Below are positions 22,722 through 32,536 of a DNA stretch of 64,000 nt, piece after piece (position 1 is the first letter of the stretch; every line of letters begins with the position of its first letter). The stretch is from Marsupella aquatica (Eukaryota > Plantae > Marchantiophyta), in contig OZ316895.1 of assembly GCA_973895155.1 (NCBI GenBank), positions 3,707,659 through 3,771,658 of the forward strand. The letters run 5' to 3'. The notes under the pieces are model-generated. The model did not search any database. It had not been told where the DNA came from and saw only the letters and a program-made list of their open reading frames with translations. Made by a program: the position numbers and the translations under genes.

Positions 22722-24818
22722 AGGGGCTGATGAAGAATGCAGTGAGCCCTCTAGCGCTCTGATGACAGCTCTAGCATCCAGCTATAAATCATGGCAACTG
22801 AAAAGTGGAGTTGTAAGAATCCTTTGTGCCATACCGGAGGTGAAATGCTCAAGCAGCTCAGGAGAAACAACTCCCTGTGAAATGTCAGCAGCACTTGGTG
22901 GTGGAATGGATGTAGCTGCAGCTCCCTCCCCCCTCGCCAACAAGGTGCGCTCTTCAGCAAGTGTGAGTGGCTGAAAAGATTGGGGCATGACAGCCCGATC
23001 GCCCCTGGCTCTAGTCAGAGGACCGGCAGCAAGACCATCAGCCTGTACAATGCGGCGTGTGGGAGCAATACGGGAGGCAGCACTGGCCTGCTGGTAAGCA
23101 AAATAGGAAGGGCAGAATGAATCTGAAAATTCTGCTGTAAGGCCAGGCTGTGGAGCAGAGGACAGCACACACTCACCCATATGAGCATCAAATGGTAAGC
23201 CATAGAAAGAGCGGGGTAGAGGTGCTGAACTGTCAGCGGTGCCTGGGCCAGGGATGGGTTGCACGTGACCAGCCGGTTGAGAAGGACCAGTAGAGGCAGT
23301 GGACTTGCCTTTGATGTTGGCAAGTTGGGCACGTAAGGACTCAACCTCATGAGTCAGAGACTGGAGTTGAGTTGCCTGTGCGTTGTGAGCCTCCTTCTAA
23401 GCTGGTTGCTTCTGTGGCTGCTTGGGCAATTTGTTAGCACCGGGTGCTTTGCCACTGGAAGGAGGAGCAGTGGATGCAGTAGGAGCCCTCCTAGCTGGTG
23501 GGGGAGTGGAAACAAGAGCAGGATGAGTGGCCTGCTGTCGTAGCTGCTTCCTCTCGGGGAATTTGGCAAAACAGACTGCCTCCAAGTGGCCCACTTTCCC
23601 GCAAAAATCACAAGATAGGTCCTCAGCAACAATATCACATTCATTAGCCTTGTGATTAGGGTTACCACAGTAGTTGCAAGATGGCAGCATGAAAGCAGCA
23701 TGTGCTGGCTTGGTCTTGGAACCATACTATGGCACACGGGGAGGAGTGGCCAGTGTAGGGGCAGCAGCCTGGTACCTGGATCGCGGTGGACGTGCAATAC
23801 TGGCCTCATAATGTGCATGGGCCAACTCAAGTTTCTCAACAGTGTCATAGACATTGAGCAAGGTGTAGCTGTCTCCAAACTCTGAGAATACTTGTTGCAA
23901 CACTTGCGAATGGAGAGCTGGTGTGCCCTCCAATGCACGAAGATAGCGATGAGCAACTTCCAGGTCAGTGATGCTCTGGGTGTCCTCCTTCAGCTTGAGA
24001 AGCCGACGATACATCATCTTCAATGTTTCATCGCGCTGCCTCACAAAGGTGGCCAACTGCATGATTTTGTCAGCACTCTTGATTGGGAATTCCAATTCAA
24101 GAACCTGGAAAAACTCAGCCACTGGATCAACAAAGGCAGGGGAATCAATGGTGGGAGAAATGCCTGATGTAGCCTGTGCCAAGACAGTGGGAGTAACAGG
24201 CACAGTGGTAGGAACTGGAGTAGGAGGGGAAGTGGCAGGAGCAGCAGCATGGGTTGCAATGGCATTTTGTAAGGCCAATTGTGAAGCTGCCACAATTGCA
24301 CTGGCATAGATAGGGTTAGGCAACTGTGTGACAGCAAGCAGCCATTGAGAGTGTTGCTCATACACATCTAAAGCCTCATGGTGCACATACCTGGCTAGCT
24401 GCTTAAATGCAAACGCATTTGTGAAATTGCTGCCGTACTTCAACTCCAATTCGTAAACGACAGTGTAGAAAATGGATTTGAACTCACGTAAAGAGATAGT
24501 GCCTGGCCGCCCGCTGAAGCGCTCAATGCGGCCAGATGAGTGGCTGGCATCCATGCTGTATGTCGGTGAAGCAGGAACAACCACTGATGCAGAAGGGGTA
24601 AATGGCAATGAAGTGATAGCAGGCTTCGGAGTAGTGGTGAAGCGACCGCCAAATGTAGCAGGAGGATTGCGTGGTGTGGGTGCTGCTGCTGTCTGCGGAT
24701 GTCGTCGAAATTGACGAGACTCCAATGAAATTGGCACCAATGGTCGTGGATCACTCCGTAAGTGGTACCGGGGTGTCGGTGGCGATGAGCTGCTACGACT
24801 CGGCTCCTCTGCTGACAT
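22722..24818 (-). pseudogene. gag: Gag with two CCHC zinc knuckles; single frame interrupted by TAG at 23727, 23397 and 22782
   Basis: IERFSGRPG...LREFKS capsid-like start, FVRQRDETLKMMYRRL MHR-like motif, and knuckles CNYCGNPNHKANEC and CDFCGKVGHLEAVC. ORFs starting at 24818, 23690, 23264 and 22721 are all in one frame. Confidence 0.85.
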
Positions 24819-27099
24819 GCTGCATGCTCACCCGGGGTGCCTAAATCGAAAATGTCCCCCTTCTCGGTGGTACGAGGTGCTGAGGGGAAAGAAACTGACA
24901 AGAAAAATGGGTGCTAGCCCCAAGGCTAGGAAATAAAACCCACAAAGGAAACAACCGTGCGAGGCAGAAATGTGTAGACTGGCCCTGCCGAAAATATACT
25001 CACAAAAAAAATGAACAGAAAGAAAACAAGAGGAAACGGCGAAAAGGGGCCTCCGTTATGTGTATAGATAGGGGTCTGTGTATACACATAAAGGGTACCG
25101 GTCGGTACCCAATGTGGATACATCGTCGGGCTCCCTGGAAGAAAAAGAGGCCGGAAAGAAGCAGGTGTACGCACACTCGGGAGGCACGGTACCCTATGCT
25201 GCAGGGCGAGGCGAGGCGAGGCTGAGGCGAGGTGACAACTTAATGGCTCGGGCCCTGCATAGGGCTTCGTGCCCCACTATGAGCTCCCCCTATCCCCTTT
25301 TGGGCCTTGTGCCCTGGCAGCGAGTGACTCCCGAGAGAGGAGTCGCGAGTACTCCCCCCCGTCTTTAAAGCTGAATTAAGGGCTTCGTGCCCTGCAGGAG
25401 AACTCCCGTGTGAGGGAGTTCGAATTGAACTCCCCTCCTCCTTGCACACTCGCTCCCCCTCCTTCCTGCTTTGGCTTGTACTTGGCTCCCCCTGCCCCTG
25501 CTTTAATGTTGCTTAGGGCCTCGTGCCCTCTCCTGCGCTCCTGCCTCCTGCCCTGATTCCCCCTATCCCTGCTTTAATTACTCCATAGGGCCTCGTGCCC
25601 TCCGTCCCCCCTCGCTTGCTTGTGGCAGGGCGACGAAAAGGAAGGGAGTCGATCCCCCTCCCCTTGTGGCAGAAAAGAAAGGAAGAAAAGGGGCGTTGCG
25701 AGGGGGAGAAACGGGCGCGCGGCCCTATGTACTTGGGACGCGCGACGGCCGGCAAACACCGAAAGAAAAATGGCGCAAATAAGCACCGAAAAATGCCGAA
25801 AGTGGTGGATGAGTCGTGCAGTCAGCAGTCGGCAGCCATAGTCGAGTTGCGGCCGACAAGAAATATCCGGGCCCCTTGTTATGTGTATACACTTAAGTAT
25901 ACACATAACATCACAATAAACCCATAACTTTTAACTCGTCACTCCGATGTCCGTCGAAGAAATTGCAATGGCTTCACCAGAAATTGTCAAAATCGTCACG
26001 AGCAATCTTCTTCCCGTCACCGCTAACTCGAGAGTTCTTCTTGAATAAAAGGCGTGATAGAAACAAACGTACTGAAATCGAATCGAAAACTGGCGAGATG
26101 CCAAGATCGGCCGGGAGCATCTAACGAATCACTGTGTGAATTCCGTGTACGGAACCGACGAGCAGCCTCTGAAAAACTCTGTCTCACAGCGATTCAAGAA
26201 GAACTGAAGAACGGCAACGAAAAACATGCCCTAAGTAGGACCGGGTCCAGGCGTCACACTAACAAACCCCTTTTGCTTCAAGAACAGCCCAGACTCGCTA
26301 CAAGAACATGACACTAACTCAAGTAGTACATTAGCCCTAACCATACCTAGCGGGCATGCGAGGGACATGCCGATGTGCACAAGCGGCACTGTCCCTCGGC
26401 ATGACAGATGCAAGGAGGTGCAAGACAGGCGACAACGGCTGTTGGGTCCAAGCAAGGCCATGCAATACTTTCTTTCCTTTTCTCACTGCCCCTTCTCTCC
26501 TCCTGCCCATGTGAGGGTGGTGGGCAAGGTGCAAGGGAAGGCATATTGGCATATAGTGCATGCAAACAGGTGGATGGATTCTGGGTTTACTTCCCCTTCC
26601 CCGGCCACAATCCTTCTAGGGGAGTGTATTTCATCACATCACATGTACCATAATATTTGTATATATTGACTTATTAATACATGGTATAATTTATTGACGT
26701 TCCACCAGACAACAAAAACTTTTGACAGGATTGCATATTCTAGTAGTTGATAAGCACTCCACATCAGCATGTGCTTGGGCCCACTCCTTACAATGTAGGA
26801 CTGGTAGATGCCATATCCAAATGGGCCACAGTTCTTGTGTAGCCCGCTGCAACACCTTTCCACTCATTGTGTGGTTCAGATTTAATCTCATCACATACTA
26901 AACAAATACTATGGGCCCAAATGTCAAGCCATGCATACATTTGGTATCCAAAACGCAATGACCCCAGCAGGGTTGCCTCTTAGAATATACTCTCAACTTT
27001 TTTGGGGGGTGGCAGGTGGGGCAGGCCAGGAAAGAAAGATTGACACCTTGAAGGAGGCTTGCTTGTTATTTGCCATATGTTCATTCATAAGAATCAAGC

Positions 27100-28760
27100 A
27101 GTGCATTTTAGAAGTCAAAGTTAGTCAAACAGACTGAGTATTGAATGACTAATCAAGGGGAATCCTGAATCCACCCAATACTTGCCTTGAATTCAATCTA
27201 ATTTTATAGATCCACCTCAAATGGACTGATTTGAGTCACTTACACTCATTCTACTTTTGAAAACTTTTTGGGTCAACAAATTTGTACATTCATATCTCCC
27301 TTGATAGGTAGAGGGAATGGTTATTCCTGGATTAGTGAGAAGCTTATTAGAAATATTTTCTTAGAAGTCTAATGCTGTCAATATGAACCCACAGAGCTAT
27401 GAATTTTCCAAAGATACCAAGTCACTCATTGCACATTTCTCCCACTTTCAAAAGTTTTTTTATCAACAACTTTTGACTATGAAATTTTCTCTTTTATGCA
27501 ATTCAATTGCCTATTCTTGGGTTTATCAAATGAGACATAACCTCAACCTTTGTCAAAGTGATAGAAGTTTCCAAGAATTAATTCATTTTCCTGGAAAAGT
27601 TCAGGTAATGTTTGTATTTTACTCAAGTTCTCTATGGGAATTGGAGGCTATGCTCTAACCGCAGTTTGTGGTAAAAGCTCTAGCTTTGGGAGTTAGTATT
27701 GTAAAAAATTATCCCTGTTCACAAGGCAGGGCAATTATTTGAAGTTAACGACTATCTATCTTCAACGTGCTAATTGTTAAAAATACTATGCAACTAAAAT
27801 TTGTGTGTGTGTGAAGAGAACAACTTTGATGAGATGGAAATTTTTTGATTGATTCTTTTAGAAACTCAGCTCCTTGTAGTGGCAAAAAAAATTAGATTGA
27901 ATATTGACATCAAAGACTGTCTAGTGTCTTGTTAGCCTCATTAGGATAGTTGAAGCAAATTTGGAAAATTCACAATTATTATTTTTAACATGAATGGGAA
28001 ACCTATGCTATTGTACATCTTTAGGAGTGATTTCTTTTTTCCAATCCCAAAGTGTATTATGTATTGCTTAATTCTCTCTTTCCTGCCTGTGAAACCATTA
28101 CTTTAACCATCTTTGCATTGACATTCTTGAAGTGGTCATTGAGTCTATCTCTGTGGGATTTTTCAACAAATGTCCTTGTGCAGGAGCATAATCTGGGACA
28201 CCATTGGACTCTGAAATAGACTCCTCTCCACTAGGCAGCTGATCCCCCTTCACCATTTATTGGCGATCAGTACACTGTTTCACTTGTTGTTGACTGTGGA
28301 TCACTAATGTTTTTTGCTTGTCTGGTACCTAGTGCACTTGCTGCTAGTTGAGTACTGGCTACATTTGTAGCTAGACGGATCTCTTTTGAATTTGACAATG
28401 GTTGCCCATCCACACCATCAAGGAACTATGCATCAGCTGCTGAGGGTTAGGTAGAACAACTCTACTACTGGGCAGGAGGTTTCTACTATCACATTGTGGC
28501 GGAAGGTTGAAATGTTTCCTAGCTTCAGACCCCATCAAATAGTAGCCAAGCTCACCAGAGGGAGGCCTTTTGTGTTTAATTTGTGTTTTTGAAATTGGTC
28601 ATTAGCTTCTTCCATTTCTTATGGACTATAGTTTGCTACTTGTTGAAGCCATACTTGAGCAGGCCTACAGTGATGATATTTCTGGGGCATCTGTGGTTTT
28701 AATCCTCTCACATTGAGTGTCAAGAAAGCTTTGCTCCTACTCCTTCTTTTTTCAACAAAA
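27100..28760 (-). mobile_element. Decayed LINE ORF2 (APE endonuclease) remnant
   Basis: LTLNVRGL (~28700-28725, cf. SWNVRGL) and downstream IKGDMNV (~27285-27306, cf. GDFN), with many stops. Confidence 0.35.
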
Positions 28761-30841
28761 GGAACAACCCTGGGGGGATCAACTAACAAAAACTTTAGGA
28801 ACAACGTGCGATCCAAAATCGGTACATTTGATAGAAATTAGCTAAATTTTAAAAAAATGTAAAATGCAATTAAAGCGAGTGCAAAAGAAGGTGTTTTTAT
28901 GTCATTGGATGAATCTATAAAGTAAAATAGGATGTAACTTCATTATTTTTCATTTAAAATAAATAAACTTATAACATAGGTGTATTTTCCAAAACATATT
29001 ACATGACAGACGTCACAATTTTATTGGTTTACATGGCATTGTCCTACTAGGCCATGTATAAAATCTTGAAAAATATATAATATATTTATTTAAATATATA
29101 TTGATACTTCATATAATGACATACTACTAACCTTGGGGCAAGCTTTGGTAAGAATGAGTAATATAAAGTATTCATTTTAGGGTAATGTTGAGATAGCACC
29201 CTAAAGTGATAGATATGGGCAAAGAGTGGAGGCGGTGTGTTTAGGCGCCAAAGTATTTCCTGGAAAATTGTTTGAGATGATTATTTTGCTTGGAATCTAA
29301 ATAGACTATAAGTAATTGTGTGATTATCCTCAACGCTCATCTAAATAATTGTTAGGGGCACGTAACTATGACAATGCTAGAAATATTGTTGATAAATATG
29401 TGGCATTCTAATTTTTCAGAATTTGGGCTCAAAGTTGGGAGTTTAATTCTTTTACAAGTAGGTATACAAGTCTTTCCATCTGGTAGCATAACAAAAGTTA
29501 CTGATTTGGAGATGTAAATACATATTTCTCATAAATACCAAGATCAATTATGACTAGGCTCGGTTTCTGATGTCCAAAGCTTTTATTTCAAAGAAATTTA
29601 ACCAAAAATAGTAGATAACATTCCATAGAAGATTGATTTTTCAACTTCTTTGATACATTAAATTTCATCTTTGATCTTCAACATCTTTCATGCAAGTTGT
29701 TGAAATTACTTGTTTTGTACATCAAGTCTCCTGTGTTGCAAAGTCACAATCTATTGAGTTAAACCTTAGTTAAATCTTATATGTACCATTGATACATTTG
29801 TAAGTGTTTGACATTGGACTGTTGATGTCTTGCGCGGTAGATGCATTGGTTAACAAACAAAATTTTGAAAGCAGAATAGGTATGTTTATCTTCCAAAATA
29901 AAAATTTTAGAAGTTAAAATACCCCTCAATATATTGTCCCACAAAAAATAAAATAGGCATATTCCCCAAATTGCTAAGCCAAAATAGGGGTATTTTAATT
30001 GGGTCATAAGTGGTACTAGCATATATACACTAGGTGAACCCCCCGAGGAACAACCTCAACTCAACCATTTTCCATCTTTGTGATTGTGTGCTAGTTACTT
30101 GGCTTGGAATCCAGACCAAAGTGGCTTGCAACTGAGGGGGAGATTGAGCTCATTAATTACTAGGAGTTGTTGTTACATAAGGAACCGTTTGAGTGCTAGT
30201 TGGTGATGAAATGTTTTTGCTCATGGCTTCAAAAGTTGCAGAGTTGAATTGAAGGAGATGCAACCATTGTTCTGTAATCAAATATACTTGATCAGGCTAT
30301 CAGTTTGCATACATCACTCATAGCATTAACATTAGTAGCAGTAGAAACTTTCATAAATCTATGGAAACATATGCGAAAATGTAGGACCGCCGCCCATAGG
30401 ATCACCGCCGCTCATAGGATCACTTAATCGCCTTAGATACAAGTTGATTTGCTCGAGTGGGAGCTGCTCACAAACACCTGACAAAATGTGGAACTTAAAT
30501 GCGCCTTGCAAATGATAAGTGCTATTGAAAATGAATTGACTTCTAGCTTGCAATCAAAACTTGATCCAAAAGGAGCCCAAGCTCTGCCAGTGACATCCTT
30601 GATCAAGAAATTCATTTCCAACCATGCCATTGGGAATTGCAAAATATGATGAGAAACAAACTCAAGGCATACTATAAGAAAATTGACATCAAGTGGGACT
30701 TTTGCCGCCCAGAGCTCCATCAAAGCAACATAAACAATGCAACACCGTAGTCACAAAATAGGCTACTTTAGGTGACCTAACCCTACTACATTCGCCTCTC
30801 AAGAAGCCCGGTGGTGCACAAGTCACCGACTTTCAAATTTC

Positions 30842-31068
30842 AAAAGAGCTTTTAATCACTTTGCCATTAAAGATGTTCTAATTCACAATATTGTCACTAT
30901 TTTTCCTGTATTTATGAAAATGCCACAGTTTGATATAAGGATGACAAGTTTACCAAGGTAACCACTGCAACTATATACAAAAACCGTGACATTTTTGTAA
31001 ATATAAAAAAAAAAAAATAATATTGTAAATTCAAACATCTTTAATGGCAATGTACTTAAAAGCTTTTC
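30842..31068. mobile_element. Fold-back MITE with ~50-bp TIRs
   Basis: agcttttaatcactttgccattaaagatgttctaattcacaatatt pairs with aatattgtaaattcaaacatctttaatggcaatgtacttaaaagct. Confidence 0.75.
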
Positions 31069-32536
31069 AAAAAATTAGTTCTAGGCGGGTCAGTTCAAAA
31101 ACTGAACTTGTTTACTTGCGGAATAGTAGGTGGTGACGGGGCTCACATAGGGGACCCAAGGCTATTCCCATTTTCTAAATCTGAGGTCTCATAGGTGACC
31201 CCCTAGTTTGACCTTATATTCCAGGATGACCCCCAAAACTTTGCTCCAAAATTCTTGGAGTGGATCACAAAACGGGCTTTGGTCTGAAGGGGGGGCAAAT
31301 GGAACACAACCCTCGAGGCCCGGTTTCAAGCACCCCTGCCCTTTCCCCCGCCGCCACCCTCACGGCCACATCGGCAAACAAGAGACCCGAGCCAGACCCA
31401 TCAAGGGTTTCGTGTCACTCCTAACCAGAGGTACGAAGAACCGGTCCGGTAAATACGGTACGCCCCTTCCGTACGTCGTACCTCAGTCCACGCTACCGTC
31501 GTACCCTACACCCACTATTAGCAAAGCAATCACTCCGTAATCTCTCAAAATCTCCATATACTGTAATGAGGCGGCCTCATAAATCCCAATCAAGGACAGA
31601 AAACACCGCTAATGTGCCTCTTAATGGAAGTTTAACCTCTAACGACGACGCCAGTTCGGGACTGATTGGGGCCCCACCCCAAAGGGATTTTGAGTCCGCC
31701 ATGTCCATAAGTAGGAAGGATATATGGAGAGACACGGAGACGGAGAACCAGAGAGTTCTACACTTCTACAGGAGTACACCGCCAGATTGATTCATGGTGG
31801 TGTCGATTGTGATGCTGTGGTGCGGAATGACAAGAAACAGCAGCAGCAGAGAACTCCTGGTCGTAGAATAAATGTCGAGGCCATCGATGAAGGCGAGAGT
31901 ATTGAATCATTCGTGCAGGTGAACAGACTCGCGGCGTCAGGTTGAGCGACTGGAGAGAGTTTGAAGCCGGAGTTTGTCCGATTTGGTGGAGTGGTGGGTC
32001 GTGTGATCTCGACATGCCAAGCAGCGAGGAACTCTGGGTGTCATAATTTGTTGAGTTCATCTTAGAATATTTTTGAGAGTTCTGGGCTGTGGCCGAGCAG
32101 GAGTTGTTTTGATTTGGACCGGCGAGAGGAATCTCGACGCACGAAAGAGCGGAGACAAGAGAATGATTGAGAAGCTGGAATTGGAGAAGAGCCTGGATCG
32201 GAGAGTTTCAGTCGAATGTTGTAGACGATCCTCGAAGTGCTGAAGAGCGAGAGGTAAAGGGGAAGGCGTTTCGGTGGTTTGGAGATTTTCTCGGCTGATG
32301 AGTTGTCTTTGCGTGGTGTCGTGCGGCGGACGGGAAGGAGAGTAGCGTATAGAAGAATTGTACAGGTAGAATCGTTGAATCGTCGTCGCTAGGGAGGATC
32401 ATCGTTGAAGTGGGTGCCTTTTGGTTAGGTTATAAGGTTTAATTAGGTTAGGTTGAGAGTCTATCCGAGCGAGTGGGCTGTGGAAAATTGTAGTTGTGTG
32501 AAGATTTGTGGAGAGAGACACAGAGAGAGTGAAGAG

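Larger units (their letters stand above)
17414..25910 (-). mobile_element. Ty3/Gypsy retrotransposon carrying a C5 DNA methyltransferase and a PHD finger; boundaries approximate, LTRs not identified
   Basis: Gag-PR-(DNMT)-RT-RH-INT order is diagnostic of Ty3/Gypsy. A PPT-like ggtctggggggga on the minus strand lies just past the stop (~17416-17428). A CpG-rich leader spans 24820-25910. Confidence 0.9.

Noticed and set aside
16607-26330. Possible TIRs enclosing the whole Gypsy element (16607 vs 26290-26330)
   Set aside because: Similarity is too short and weak to distinguish from chance.
31700-32536. miR399 target sites that would identify the E2 gene as PHO2
   Set aside because: No repeated TAGGGCA...TTTGGCA-like sites were seen, so the gene is treated as UBC23-like.
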